The notes: generated by a model not told the origin, from the sequence alone. Counted from the stretch's first letter, positions 21,213-32,609 are shown. The stretch: 64,000 nt of DNA from an uncultured Planctomycetaceae bacterium (GCA_963785305.1 CAWAUV010000007.1:384001-448000), one strand, 5' to 3'. Numbers and translations: made by a program.

Positions 21213-21992
21213 TCAGGCGACGGCCAGGGCACGATTTTGGCGGCGGCGACGGATCAGCCAACCGCAGCCCAACACGGCCGCCACGCCCATGAGCACGAAG
21301 CTGCTCGGCTCGGGCACGGCCACGGTGATGGCTTGCAGCGAGTAGTCGCCGCTTTGGCTCGACGCCAGGGCCACTTGCACTCCGGTGACATTCGCCATGT
21401 TGAACCCGGCGTTTTGGCTGAACGACGACAAGGGGAAGTTCGCCGTCGTGGCGCTCGACATGGTCGCGATCGTTTCTTGCAGTTGGGCGGTGGGGCCACC
21501 CACTCCGCCGCTGGTCAGCGTGACCGTGCCGCTGATCGGGTCGCCATTGGTAAAGAACTCGACCGCGAAATTTCCGGTCGGCAGGAAAGCCATGCCGCTC
21601 GAATCGGTGTAGTTGAGCGTGATCGCGCCGCCGGCCGGGGCATTGAAATTGGCATTCAACTCGTCGGCCTGCGCGGGCGAAGTCTGACCCGTGGTTTGAT
21701 AGCCGACCGAGAGCGCGAGCGAGGTCGAGGTCGGCGTGCCATTGACGCTTAGTTCCATGCTTCGGCTCGAGCCAAAGCCATTGTTGCCTGCGGGGAAGGG
21801 TTCGGTGACCGTGCCGTTGTTGGCCATTCCGCTGGTGACTTCGTAGAAGCTGTATCCGGTTCCGACGGCCGGCGTGGGCGCGAAGTCGTCGATGTAGATC
21901 GATTGGGCCTGGGCGCTCGAACCGGCCACGAGGGCGGCGGCGAACACGAGGGCAAGCGAAACACCGCAACGAATCTGGCTATTGCGTGACAT
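21213..21992 (-). CDS. PEP-CTERM sorting-domain surface protein
   Basis: Signal peptide; Thr/Ser/Gly-rich body; C-terminal 'VPEPSS' + TM + 'RRRR'. Confidence 0.92.
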   Translation of the reverse strand: MSRNSQIRCGVSLALVFAAALVAGSSAQAQSIYIDDFAPTPAVGTGYSFYEVTSGMANNGTVTEPFPAGNNGFGSSRSMELSVNGTPTSTSLALSVGYQTTGQTSPAQADELNANFNAPAGGAITLNYTDSSGMAFLPTGNFAVEFFTNGDPISGTVTLTSGGVGGPTAQLQETIATMSSATTANFPLSSFSQNAGFNMANVTGVQVALASSQSGDYSLQAITVAVPEPSSFVLMGVAAVLGCGWLIRRRRQNRALAVA

Positions 21993-22312
21993 GTTCGTCT
22001 TCCTGGAGATCGAAGACGAGCCATTGTCACCCGAGTCGGCCTAGCACTTTACCCCGCGAAGAACCGCAACAATCCGCGGATTCTCAAGGGGGCCCGTGTA
22101 AAGACCGCGCTGCATTAGACTGAGCAGCGCGCCCCAATAGGTCGATGACCGCAAAACGCCAGAAGGCAATACAGAAAAGCATTCCGAACCGCAATCGCGG
22201 CCCGATGCCTCCGGCAGATGTTTTTGCGGCGGGCTTAATGAGCCCGTCCTCGACCTCATGAGCATCTCAATTGGGGTTTTTAGAAGGGGACAGTTCTCCT
22301 GTCCACACCCCA

Positions 22313-22341
22313 ATATTAATATAACCGCTAGGACCTGTCAA
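22313..22341 (-). promoter_or_regulatory. Sigma70-like promoter upstream of the PEP-CTERM gene
   Basis: Minus strand TTGACA (22341-22336)-N17-TAATAT (22318-22313) in an AT-rich tract. Confidence 0.6.
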
Positions 22342-22431
22342 CTACCTGCAGAAAAAATTTTTTTGCTTCCACCGGCATAAGTCGGACACATCGCCAAACC
22401 ACCGGAATCGCGACCCTCGAAAATCACGCGA

Positions 22432-25209
22432 TTATCGCTCGTTTCCTGCTGAATCCTGCTTCTTCGCCAGCCATGACCGCCAGCGGCGAATTCGCTCGCT
22501 GGCGCTCGATGGCGCCGATTCCGATCCCTCGGACGCCACATCGCGCCCGACGATCTTGGCCAGCGAGGTCATCGCCGCCTCGGCCACATCATTGCGATCG
22601 TCGAGCAGCTCGCCGAGACACGGGCAATAGCTCGCGTCGTCGAGAGTCCCCATGGCCCGCGCCGCCCCGCGCCGAACATCCCCATCCACATCCTTGGCCA
22701 TCCGCTCCAAGGCCGAACGTCCCTCGGGCGCTCCCAGCTTGGCCAGCGCCAGAGCGGTTTCGATCCGGAGCGGCGCCTCGCCGCGGGCCAGTAGCGCCAC
22801 GAGCGGCGCTGGATCCTCGAGCGGCCCACAGCCCGCTAGCGCCCGCACCGCCACGAGCACCACGGTCACTTGCGAATCTTCGAGCAGTGGCGTGAGCAGC
22901 GCCACATGCCGCGGCGAACCATGCTCCACGAAGTATTCCGCCGCCCGGCGCCGCACCTCCGGCGAATCGTGGCCGATCGCCATCGCCGCCATGCGGGTCG
23001 CGGGCTCGCGCGGGTCGTGGACCAGCGCCGTGAGCAATGTTCGCCAAACCAGTGGATCGCTCTCGTGGGTCAGAACCTCGGCCAGCCTCGCGAGCGCCAC
23101 GCCCGATAGCGGCCGCTCGACGACCAATGTCGCTATCTTGTCGGCCGCGCTCCGGCGCTCGGTCGGTTTCGCGGATCGCAAGTCGACCAAGCTCGCGAAC
23201 ACCGGCGCGACTTCCGGCAATACCTCGATATAGACCGCTTCGGGCAATGGCCGCGACTCTTCGGCCACGAATCGCGCGACTGCCGGCAGCACCGCGGGCC
23301 CGAGTTGCTTAAGCCCGTCGATCGCCGCATCGGCGTCGCGCTTCGTGAGCGAGGGCGCCTCGAGCGCGGCGAGCAGGGATCGCGCTTGATCGATCGCCGG
23401 GGGCGATGCCGCGGGCGACGTGTCGAGCCCGGTCATGTCCGACGACGCCACGCCGGACAATGGATCGCGAGCTCGACTATCGGCATGCAGCGCCGTTTCG
23501 AAGTTCTTGCGCTGCTCGATCGCTCGCCATTGCGACTCGAGCCGAGCCAGTGTCACATCGGGCGGTTCGACCGGCGCCAGAGGCTCGATTCCGGCGGCCA
23601 TCGCGCCGAATTGTTCGATCCACTTATCATGGAGCGCCGCCAGCGCCACGACGCGTTGTTCGGCCGATCCATCGGCCGGAAAATCGGCGGCCGGCGTCCA
23701 GCGGCGGGCAAGCTGTGCTCCGGCTGTCTTGCGCACCAGGTATCCGTGTTCGTGCATTGCCACCAGCAAGATCGGGCCGGCCGTGTCGAGCGGCCACTCG
23801 GTCACCGCCGCGACCGCGGCTCTTTGCACGTCGGGAGTGCGATCGCTGATGAGCGTGGTAATCACGCGAGCCGCCGCGCGCGGCTGGCGAGCGACGATTC
23901 CGTTGGCGGTGGCGAGCGTGTTGGCCACCGCCTGACGGACACGCGATGATTTATCGGCGGCGGCGCCCAGCACGATCTCGTCGGCGCCCAACGAGCCGAG
24001 CGACGCGACCGCCGCCGCTCGCAATACTTCACCCTGGGCGTGCATCATTTTCTCGAGCGCGGCCCGGGCGTCGGGCGTGCCCAAATCGCCAAGCGATTCG
24101 ATCGCCGCGAGCCGCACCGACAGATCGTAGTCGTCGAGCGCATGGCGCAAATATCCGAGCGCTTTCGGATCGCGATGCTTGGCGAGCGCCGCGAGCGCGG
24201 CGGCGCGGATGCGTGGGTCCGTGTCGTCGCGCAAGCCCGCGGCCGAGGGCGGCAACGGCGCCCGGCATTCGGCCAGGAGTTGCAAGGTGATCCAGCGAAC
24301 TTCGGCGTCGGGGCTTTTGAGGCTCGCGGTGAGATACGGAACCGCGGCGGCGTCGCGGTCGCGCGCCAGCGAGGTGAGCAATTCGCCGTGCAAGCGGGGC
24401 TGATATCGTTCGGCCGCCGGGCCCGAGGCGTCGCCATATTGCTTGACGAGCGTCTCGATTGCGGCGCGCGATCGAGGCGAATCGATCGCCGTGAGCGCTT
24501 CGATCGCCGCCATGCGCATCGGCATGCGGAGCTCGCCATGTCGAACCGTGGCCAGCAGCCGCTCGACCGGCTCGGCCTGACGCCAGCGGACTTGAATAAT
24601 CGCGGCGTTGGCGGCCACGATCGGGTTCTTGGATTCGATGAGCTCGGCTAAGCTCGGCCGGTCGGCGGGGGGAGTGCGCAGCATTTCATCAAGGGCCGCG
24701 TTGCGATAGCGAAAACCGCTCACGTCCTCCTTGACGCCGGGCATGGGCACCCGCAGCGCCCAGCCGTCCTTGGCGAGCGCGGCGCGCATCGTGTCGTCGA
24801 TCGTCGGTTGCTTTTCGTTCGCGAGGGGAGGTTTCGCGCTTTCGGAAGCCGCCGGAGCGGATGCGCGCCCGGCGGTCTTGTCGGCGGGCGAAGAGTCGTT
24901 GGCCGCCCCCGAGCCCGATGCCGCTTGCGATGGCGAGGCCGCCGAGGCGGGGGTGGCGCGTTGGGAGGACTTCTCGCTCGCGGGGGCCTTCTTTCCGGAG
25001 GTCTCCTTCGCGGGCGGCTGCTTGTTCGCCGATGTTGCCTCGTCGTCCGCGATGCCGGCGAGCGCGTCGTTCGCCGCGGGGGCCGGCGATTCCTGCAAAT
25101 GGCGACAGCCCAAGCTTGGAATGAGCGCCGTCGTGAAGAGCGCCGTCGCAAGGAGCGCCGTCGCTCGAGGCGCGAGCGGCAAGCGATGGCGATTGTTCAA
25201 CAGCGTCAT
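22432..25209 (-). CDS. HEAT-repeat protein, probable lipoprotein
   Basis: Lipobox-like 'SLGC'; Ala/Pro/Ser linker; many HEAT/PBS repeats (D..VR.AA..AL). Confidence 0.8.
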   Translation of the reverse strand: MTLLNNRHRLPLAPRATALLATALFTTALIPSLGCRHLQESPAPAANDALAGIADDEATSANKQPPAKETSGKKAPASEKSSQRATPASAASPSQAASGSGAANDSSPADKTAGRASAPAASESAKPPLANEKQPTIDDTMRAALAKDGWALRVPMPGVKEDVSGFRYRNAALDEMLRTPPADRPSLAELIESKNPIVAANAAIIQVRWRQAEPVERLLATVRHGELRMPMRMAAIEALTAIDSPRSRAAIETLVKQYGDASGPAAERYQPRLHGELLTSLARDRDAAAVPYLTASLKSPDAEVRWITLQLLAECRAPLPPSAAGLRDDTDPRIRAAALAALAKHRDPKALGYLRHALDDYDLSVRLAAIESLGDLGTPDARAALEKMMHAQGEVLRAAAVASLGSLGADEIVLGAAADKSSRVRQAVANTLATANGIVARQPRAAARVITTLISDRTPDVQRAAVAAVTEWPLDTAGPILLVAMHEHGYLVRKTAGAQLARRWTPAADFPADGSAEQRVVALAALHDKWIEQFGAMAAGIEPLAPVEPPDVTLARLESQWRAIEQRKNFETALHADSRARDPLSGVASSDMTGLDTSPAASPPAIDQARSLLAALEAPSLTKRDADAAIDGLKQLGPAVLPAVARFVAEESRPLPEAVYIEVLPEVAPVFASLVDLRSAKPTERRSAADKIATLVVERPLSGVALARLAEVLTHESDPLVWRTLLTALVHDPREPATRMAAMAIGHDSPEVRRRAAEYFVEHGSPRHVALLTPLLEDSQVTVVLVAVRALAGCGPLEDPAPLVALLARGEAPLRIETALALAKLGAPEGRSALERMAKDVDGDVRRGAARAMGTLDDASYCPCLGELLDDRNDVAEAAMTSLAKIVGRDVASEGSESAPSSASERIRRWRSWLAKKQDSAGNER

Positions 25210-25272
25210 TTCGGCAAATCCTTTTGCCCGCGCTTATCGGTCGTTTATCTGGCGCCGCCGTTGATCGGGGCG

Positions 25273-26691
25273 CTATTCATTCACCGCGCTCTTGTTGTCG
25301 GCGGCCAGCGGTCCATCGCCGGCGGCGTTGCGGTCGCGGGATTTCGACTTCGGTTCGCTCTCCGGCGCCGCGAGCGGCGCGATCTTGGGCAAGGCGACCT
25401 TGCGGGGAAGATTCGGATCTTTCAGCGACTTCTCCAAGTCCTCCCGCTTTTTCGCCAAATCCTTCGTCGAAAGGCTCGCGGTATCGGCCAGTTTCGAAGC
25501 GCGATACACCGTCTTCACGAGTTCCTTGAGCGATTCCTTGCTCGCGGGCGGCGAAAGATCGGCATAGATGCCATGCTTGGCGCCATGACCCACGAGTCCG
25601 TCGGCGATATAGCCGAGGGCTAATTTCAATCGGCGGCGATTCGGTTCAACGTCGTTGGCTTCGGCCCAGACTTCTTCCTGCTTGAGAATTTCGTAAGCAA
25701 GCAGGCTCATATCCAAGGCCACGTCGGCGGTGTTGATTTTCTCGCTGCCGGTGAACTTCATTTCGCTAAACGCGGCGGCGCATGCGCAGCGAAGCGAAAT
25801 CAGATTCTTGGGATCTCGCATCTCGCTCGCCAGGGCCGTCGCCACTTCGTCGCCACCATTGACGCCCGGCGAACCGATCAATCCCAAAATCTGGGCCGCC
25901 ATTCGCCTCAGCCACGACTGGGCCTCCGCGGTGCGGTTCGGTCCTGGATCGCGTTGCTTGAGCAGCGTGAGCATCGACTTGACCAAGGGCTGCAGCTTGT
26001 CGGGCGGCAGCGGATGCTCCGCGTAGCACGTGGCCTGGCGCTCGATGCCCAAAAGAGCCGGCACGCGCAGATATTCCGGCGCCTTCGGCACGTCGACCAC
26101 GGTGAGCATATATTGCAGGGCATCGAGCGAGGGGCGGGGTTTGCCACCCGAGGGCGGCGCTTCTTCCTTGTTCAAATCGCCGATCATCAGCATCGCGTTG
26201 TATCGCAGCGCATTGCAGCGAACCGTGTCGTATTTCGGATCGTCGGGGAAGCGGGCCTTGATGATCGCCTTCATCATGGCAAAGGTCAGATCATGTAGAT
26301 GGTCGTACACCGGGCCCTTCTTGCCGGAGCCGAAAAAGCGGCCCTTCATGCCGCGGCGCAACTCGGCCAGCGAAATCTTCGACTCGGGATCGGCAAACCG
26401 CGGTTCGGCGAATTGCAACAGAAAATAATCGTTGAAGAACGCGTCGAACACCGCTTTTTCGTTGTCGCTGAAGCTCTCCGACGTCAACGCGTCGACCACG
26501 ATCTTGACTTGGGTCCTTAGTTTCGGATTCGGCGTGGCAAACGGATCGGGTCCCTGGGCAATAGCGGAACCGGCCGGCAGCGACCAAACCATCGCATAGA
26601 AAACCGCCACCATCGCGATCCATCGCGCCGGTTCAGCACACGCGGTTCGCAAGACGAGCCTTCCAGATTGATGCACCAGTGGCGTCCGCAT
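25273..26691 (-). CDS. Hypothetical exported alpha-helical protein
   Basis: Long uninterrupted ORF with protein-like composition, a signal-like segment ('AIAQ') and helical repeats. Start is approximate. Confidence 0.65.
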   Translation of the reverse strand: MRTPLVHQSGRLVLRTACAEPARWIAMVAVFYAMVWSLPAGSAIAQGPDPFATPNPKLRTQVKIVVDALTSESFSDNEKAVFDAFFNDYFLLQFAEPRFADPESKISLAELRRGMKGRFFGSGKKGPVYDHLHDLTFAMMKAIIKARFPDDPKYDTVRCNALRYNAMLMIGDLNKEEAPPSGGKPRPSLDALQYMLTVVDVPKAPEYLRVPALLGIERQATCYAEHPLPPDKLQPLVKSMLTLLKQRDPGPNRTAEAQSWLRRMAAQILGLIGSPGVNGGDEVATALASEMRDPKNLISLRCACAAAFSEMKFTGSEKINTADVALDMSLLAYEILKQEEVWAEANDVEPNRRRLKLALGYIADGLVGHGAKHGIYADLSPPASKESLKELVKTVYRASKLADTASLSTKDLAKKREDLEKSLKDPNLPRKVALPKIAPLAAPESEPKSKSRDRNAAGDGPLAADNKSAVNE

Positions 26692-26967
26692 GAAACGCAG
26701 GCTCTCCACGAAACCCATAGCGCGACCCAGGGGGGCGGCCGAAGAAATCGTTCTCGAAGACGGGACCGAAAACCGAGAGCAAGAAGCGGCGCAAAAGCAA
26801 TTCACGAACCGCTTTGAGATAAACCCTCGAAGTCTAGGCTAGCACCGCCCGACGGCTCTTGTCAATACGGATGCCGAGCCCCCGAAAATCGCAAAAATGG
26901 CCGCTTTCAGGCCGTTCGCCCTGTTTCGGCGGCTTAAATTCCTAAATCCGCGACGCCTGAGGGGAGC

Positions 26968-28173
26968 CTATTCCGCCACGCCGCCCTGGTTTTCCGAATT
27001 TGCCGGCGCCACGGCTTCAAGGCTCACGGTCGAATTCGACATCTCGCCTCCCGTGGGCACCTGACGGCTGGGCGGCAAATTCTCGGCCGAGAGCAAGGCC
27101 GGTAGCGGATCGGTCGGGCCATGGTTCAGCGTGTCGATCAATTGCCGCAGCCGACCCAGGTTGCGTCGGTTGAACCGAAACACGAGCCGCGGCAGCGGCG
27201 CCAGCTCGGCTTCGTCGCGTTCCTCGGGCAGTGGGCCGGTGAGCTGAAAATCGCCGCCGGCCAGCAGTCCGGAAAACTCGGCGTTGATCTGTTTCATCAA
27301 CTCCGGCGTGGGACGACGCGCGAGACGCAGCGCGAGTTTGTTTTTCACATAGCGCATGCTGTGGTAGGCGTGAAAGAAGCCGAGAATCTCGTTGACGGCT
27401 TCGTCGACATTGTCGGTATGCTTGTAGAGATGTTTGTCCTCGGCCGAAATCAGCCGGTCGCCCAGCAAGCGATGCTCGAAAAAGTCGAGCAGGTCTTTCC
27501 AGAACGTGTGGCCCGGGGCGTCGAGAAACACGACCGGGGCCATATCTCGCTTGCCGGTTTGCAGGAGCGTGAGCACTTCGAGCCCTTCGTCGAGGGTGCC
27601 AAAACCGCCGGGCAAAAGACACACCGCATCGCATTCTTTCACGAACATCAGTTTGCGCGTGAAGAAATACTTCATATGCACGAGCTTCGCGTCGCCGGCG
27701 ATTACCGGGTTGGCATATTGCTCGAAGGGCAGCATGATGTTGAGCCCCATCGAATGCTCGCGCCCGGCGCCGATGTGGCCGGCTTCCATGATGCCGCTCG
27801 CCGCCCCCGTGACCACCAGCCAATCATGCTTGGCCATGGCCTGGCCGAAGGCGATGCCTTGCTGAAAGGCGGGCTCGTCGGGCTGGGTGCGAGCCGAGCC
27901 AAACACCGTGACCTTGCGGCGGCGGCGAAAGGGAGTGAACACCTTGAAGGCGTAGCGCAGCTCGCGGAGCGTGCGGCTCAGGATTTTCAAGTCGCCGCGC
28001 GAAGTTTGATCGAGCGCCAGTTTATCGGCCGTTTCCTTGATTTGCTCGATCAGATCGGCCCCGGCAAAGACCCGCTCGCCGGCTGGGGGGGCGGCGCTCG
28101 ATGGCTCGGCGTGTCGTGGGCCGCCGCTCGGCGAGCCCGCGCTGGTGATTTTCTCGGAACTTCCCGGCGCCAT
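26968..28173 (-). CDS. LOG family (Rossmann-fold nucleotide phosphoribohydrolase-like) protein
   Basis: 'VTVFGSART', 'YFFTRKLMF' and 'PGGFGTLDE'. Confidence 0.88.
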   Translation of the reverse strand: MAPGSSEKITSAGSPSGGPRHAEPSSAAPPAGERVFAGADLIEQIKETADKLALDQTSRGDLKILSRTLRELRYAFKVFTPFRRRRKVTVFGSARTQPDEPAFQQGIAFGQAMAKHDWLVVTGAASGIMEAGHIGAGREHSMGLNIMLPFEQYANPVIAGDAKLVHMKYFFTRKLMFVKECDAVCLLPGGFGTLDEGLEVLTLLQTGKRDMAPVVFLDAPGHTFWKDLLDFFEHRLLGDRLISAEDKHLYKHTDNVDEAVNEILGFFHAYHSMRYVKNKLALRLARRPTPELMKQINAEFSGLLAGGDFQLTGPLPEERDEAELAPLPRLVFRFNRRNLGRLRQLIDTLNHGPTDPLPALLSAENLPPSRQVPTGGEMSNSTVSLEAVAPANSENQGGVAE

Positions 28174-28308
28174 GTTCTCGGCGCCGCGAGGGCCCCCCAA
28201 CGAATCCCCGCCCGCGTCACTCTGTTTCACGATCGTATCTCTCGGCTTGGCGAGAGCCATCCGCCTGATGGCCCAGATGGGTTCCATTGTACCACGGAGG
28301 CGGTTTCG

Positions 28309-28368
28309 TTTTCAGGGTTCAATGGGGAACCGGCCGAATGTTCGAAACGGAACATTGAACCCTGAAAA
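28309..28368. repeat. 16-bp perfect inverted repeat in a divergent intergenic region
   Basis: TTTTCAGGGTTCAATG (28309-28324) / CATTGAACCCTGAAAA (28353-28368). Confidence 0.8.
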
Positions 28369-28522
28369 CCGAAAACAGCGCCCGCCGCGATCGCCGGGGG
28401 CGTTCCGCCTTGGGGGCGCTTGTGGGCGGGGAGCGCGGGGGATATCATCCCGCTTGGTCGCCGCGGCGCCGGCGCTTTCGCGAGCTTCGCGGCGCGGGCT
28501 CGCTCCACGGGGAACTTTCGGC

Positions 28523-29410
28523 ATGCAGCCTTCCGACGCCGCTTGGCGGTCGCTTTATCCTTTCGAGTCGCGCTATGCCACGATCGATGGCCATCGTTAC
28601 CATTATCTCGACGAGGGCCGGGGCGAGACACTGCTCCTCGTGCATGGAAACCCCACTTGGTCGTTCTACTGGCGAAATCTGATCCTGGCCCTCAGGGATC
28701 GCTATCGGCTTGTCGTGGTCGATCATCTCGGCTGCGGACTAAGCGACAAGCCCGCTGGATATAATTACTGCTTGGCCCAGCATGTGGCCAATCTCGGCCA
28801 ACTGATCGACGCGCTCGATCTTCGCTCCGTGACGCTAATGGCGCATGACTGGGGCGGGGCGATCGGATTGGGCGCGGCGCTCGAGCGCCAGCAGCGCTTC
28901 GCGAGATTCATCTTGTTCAACACCGCGGCCTTTCGCTCGCGACGCATTCCCTGGCGAATTCGCGTCTGCCGCACGCCGCTCTTGGGCAAGCTCGCCGTGC
29001 AAGGACTCAATGCCTTTGCCCGGGCAGCGCTCGTGATGGCGGTCGAACACCGAGACCGCATGACGCCCGCCGTGAAGGCCGGGCTTCTCGCGCCCTACGA
29101 CTCCTGGTCGCATCGCGAGGCGATCTATCGATTCGTGCAAGATATTCCCATGAGCCGCGCGGCCAAGAGCTGGAACACGCTCGAAACCATCGAACGACGC
29201 CTGCCCGAGCTCGCCGCCAAACCGTGGATGTTGATCTGGGGCATGCGCGATTGGTGCTTCACGCCCTACTTCCTCGAACGCTTCGCCGATTTTTTTCCGA
29301 ATGCCCAAATCCATCGCCTCGCCGACGCGGGCCATTATGTCGTGGAAGACGCTCACGAACGCATCGCGCCGCTGGTGGCGGACTTTCTTACCCGCAAAAC
29401 TGCTCGTTGA
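28523..29410 (+). CDS. Alpha/beta hydrolase, haloalkane-dehalogenase/OleB-like
   Basis: 'HGNPTWSFYWR', nucleophile Asp in 'HDWGG', catalytic His in 'AGHYVVED'. Confidence 0.85.
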   Translation: MQPSDAAWRSLYPFESRYATIDGHRYHYLDEGRGETLLLVHGNPTWSFYWRNLILALRDRYRLVVVDHLGCGLSDKPAGYNYCLAQHVANLGQLIDALDLRSVTLMAHDWGGAIGLGAALERQQRFARFILFNTAAFRSRRIPWRIRVCRTPLLGKLAVQGLNAFARAALVMAVEHRDRMTPAVKAGLLAPYDSWSHREAIYRFVQDIPMSRAAKSWNTLETIERRLPELAAKPWMLIWGMRDWCFTPYFLERFADFFPNAQIHRLADAGHYVVEDAHERIAPLVADFLTRKTAR

Positions 29411-29686
29411 AACATGGGAGTTCAGCGCGGCCGGAAAATCCCGGCCAAACGCTGGTCGAATCGTGGTCAATCGGTGACAATCAAGCGATCGCGCGGGGCA
29501 TCGCTCGCGAATGCCGCGGCAAAGCGCGACGCTGGCGATGAAGCATGCCGCGGCGCCAATGCTGGCGCAGGAGCGCCCGCCGCTCGTTGGCGGTGGGGGC
29601 GAATCCCATTCAAGCAAGCAGGCTCGCGCGGCCGACTGCCATTACAAGAGGAATTTCGCGCCGATTCAGAAGACCCGGAAACGGTG

Positions 29687-30721
29687 ATGGCGATGAAGAG
29701 CAAGCGTGGGTTGATTCGCGAGCTGTCGACGCGCTTCAGGGCGGCCACTCGCTTCGAGGCGGCGGGGGGCTTCAGAAGGGCGGGCTCGCCACTGGCCGCG
29801 GTTTGCGTCGCGGCATTCTGTCTCTGGATGGCGGGCTTGGCGCTCGCGGCGCCGGTGGTTCCGGGCACGGGGCGGCGTTTGGCCCAAGGCGGCGACGACT
29901 TCGAGGACACCAAGTGGAAGTTCACTCTCAATCTGCCCAAGAGTAGCGAAGAGCAAGACAAGCAGATTCGCATGCCGGGCGGTTTTTCATCGAACAATCG
30001 CTGGCAAGAAAGCGCAAAGCGCGGCACGCCCGACCTCGTGAAGCGCGTGCCTCCGCCTGAAGGCGGCATTCCTGGCAGCCAAGGCGCGATGTTGATGCGC
30101 ACCTTGAATTCGATGGTGCCCAACGCCACCAGCAACACCATGGGCCAAGACGACCTGCTGTTCAACCCGCGGTCGGAATATGGGGGCTCGATTCCGGTGT
30201 CGGTCACGCCGAGCGTGGTCACGCGCGTGTACGTGCCGCCGTTCGAGGACTGGGAGCAGCGGGCCGGCAATTCCTTCGGCTTCCGCGCCGGAGTGCGCAC
30301 CACGAAGACCACGCCCGGCAGGTTCCTCCGCCCAGGCAAGACCGAGATCGAGCCTTATTGGCCAGGGATATTCATTTACTATTGGCCCAAGGGCAGCGAC
30401 GCTCGTTACAAAGACGCGCCCTCGGCGATGCTGTTCGTGCGTGGCAATCACTTGGGCCACGATATGCAAAGCAAGCGAATCACCGAGCCCGGATGGTGGA
30501 CGCTGGGCATGAGTTTCACGCCCGATGGCATGGTGCATTTCTATGCCCACGCCGGCGTCGAAAAGCTCACGCAGAAGGACCTGCTCGCCTCGTACTTTCC
30601 CTACAGCTACAAGTGCGAATACTTCGGCACGTTCTTCTACGACATCATGAACAAGGACGACGGTCAAAGCTGGTCGACGCCCTGGGTCGTCGACGATCCG
30701 TGGATCTATGTCGCCCAGTGA
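29687..30721 (+). CDS. Hypothetical secreted protein
   Basis: Signal-like hydrophobic segment then a beta-rich aromatic domain ('GDDFED', 'PGWWTLGMSFTPDG'). Confidence 0.7.
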   Translation: MAMKSKRGLIRELSTRFRAATRFEAAGGFRRAGSPLAAVCVAAFCLWMAGLALAAPVVPGTGRRLAQGGDDFEDTKWKFTLNLPKSSEEQDKQIRMPGGFSSNNRWQESAKRGTPDLVKRVPPPEGGIPGSQGAMLMRTLNSMVPNATSNTMGQDDLLFNPRSEYGGSIPVSVTPSVVTRVYVPPFEDWEQRAGNSFGFRAGVRTTKTTPGRFLRPGKTEIEPYWPGIFIYYWPKGSDARYKDAPSAMLFVRGNHLGHDMQSKRITEPGWWTLGMSFTPDGMVHFYAHAGVEKLTQKDLLASYFPYSYKCEYFGTFFYDIMNKDDGQSWSTPWVVDDPWIYVAQ

Positions 30722-30757
30722 GCCGCGCGAGCAACTCGGGCGGTAATCGGCCATGCG

Positions 30758-32031
30758 CTACGGACGCGCGGCGGGACGCCAGACGCTGTCGTCGAGCACT
30801 ACAATCGTCGCCGGAGTCGCAATCGGGCTCGACGCCACGGGCCGATAGATCGTCGTCTGCCGCTGGGCTCGCGACGCCATGCGATCTTCGCCCTCGCTCG
30901 AGCGCTGCTGCTGGAAATGCGTTTCGTGTGGATTGACCGCGTTGCCGCCGCTCGAGCCGCTGTCGCCGGAGTCTGTATTGGCGCCATTGGAATCAGCGCC
31001 GCTCGAACCATTGTTCTGGGTGTCGGCGCCGGGAACCGCGAAGCGGTCGGTCCAGCGCGTGCTCGGCTCGGTTTGGCCATTGGACGAAGGCTGCGAGGAG
31101 TTCGCGGGCGCGTCGCTCGGAGCCGGATTCTTAAAGGTCGTTTTCGGCGACGGGCTCGGGCTGGGACCTGGCGGCACGACGCGCGAAGTCGGCGCCGGGC
31201 TCGATGCCGCGTCGCTCGGCGGGGAGATGATGCGCGGCGCACCAATGCTGACGCCCGCGCCATTCGGCGCCGAATACGGAGTCATGTCGCGATAGATCGC
31301 GCCGGGCGGATAGCTCGCTCCCGGCGGAGCGCTCATGGCCGGCGGATAATTCGATGAAGGAATCGCGCTCGCGGCGCTGGGCGACGCGAAGGTCGTCGAC
31401 GGTCCGGGCGTCGGAGCCATGCCAGGGCCCGTCGGCATCGGCTGGGAGCCCGTCGGCATCGTTTGGGGGCTCATCGGTATCGGCTGTCCAACGGGCAATG
31501 CCGGGGCCATGTTCGCCGCGCTCGAAAGACTTGAAACGCTGGAGCCAATCTGGCCCGGCGCCGCATAAGCCGGCGCGTAAGCCGGCGCGATTGGAGCAGC
31601 GGCGAGCGCAGGGCGCCGGCGGCGCAACCACAGGCGGGCGCGGCCATCACCGGCGCGGCGACAACCGGAGTCGCCACGACCTGTTGATAGGTCGTATATG
31701 GCACGAGCTGCGGACGCATCGCGTAGCTGACCACCGGACGCATCACCGTCGTCGCGCCGCCACATGCGTTGCAGGCCGGCGCAGGTTGCAATGTCGTGAT
31801 CGGAGTCGGCATGTAGACCGCGCGGTAAGCGGTATAGGGCATGTAATTCACCGTCGTCGCCATCACCGGCGCCGGCGCGTAGAGCGGGCGATATGTGGTC
31901 ACCGCGGTTTGCGGCGCGGGGCGGCTGAAAATATTGCAAAGCTGCGCGCGGCATTCGCCTTCGCCTGAAAGTGCGAGGAACGCGGCGCTGAGCGTGGCAA
32001 ATGCGAACGGACTCTTGTTGCGACCGATCAT
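30758..32031 (-). CDS. Secreted Pro/Thr/Cys-rich low-complexity protein (frameshifted)
   Basis: Signal peptide 'MIGRNKSPFAF...'; 'VPYTTY' and 'PYTAYR' repeats; long Pro/Ser tail. Confidence 0.6.
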
Positions 32032-32409
32032 GATGACGTTCTCCAAATGAAAAAGGCGCCTCAATCCGTTTGAATCTTTTGAACCTAGGTTGTCAATGAT
32101 TCCGATTGTGCTCGCGGTCACTTTGTAAAAAGTTCCAATAGCATCGCTGGCGCCGACTGCGCAAGCAGCGCCGATCAAGTAAAGTTTCCACCCGACCGAC
32201 TCCGGCTTGCAACGAGCACTCGAAAGTCTAGGTTAGGATTCGCGGCCGCGCGGGCCCAGGACCTCGATTACGCCAACATCGTGGTTGCCCCAGCCCAGCG
32301 GCGCCGGCGTTGTCGGAGCATCTTATGACCGGCGGCGTCGTCGATGACCGCCGGGCCGACGCCGTCGGGCTTCCGTGGCGCACAAGGAGCAAAGCGCGGG
32401 CCAAAGCCG

Positions 32410-32575
32410 CTAGTTTTGTCACGGCTGAAATGAGAGGTAACCCCGTGGCGCCATGCCCACGCCCAGCGTGGGCATGTTTCGAGCGCCACGCGGAGTCCTC
32501 ATGCCCACGCAGGGCCGTGGGCATGGCGCCACGGAGCCAATCCAACCCGTCATTTCAATTGTGACAATGCACTAG
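32410..32575 (-). mobile_element. MITE-like element, copy 2 (inverted)
   Basis: CTAG at both ends; TIR ..TGTCACGGCTGAAATG / CATTTCAATTGTGACA..; reverse-complement match to copy 3. Confidence 0.88.
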
Positions 32576-32609
32576 GACAACTGGCCGCCACGGTCAGCAC
32601 GGCGCGCGA

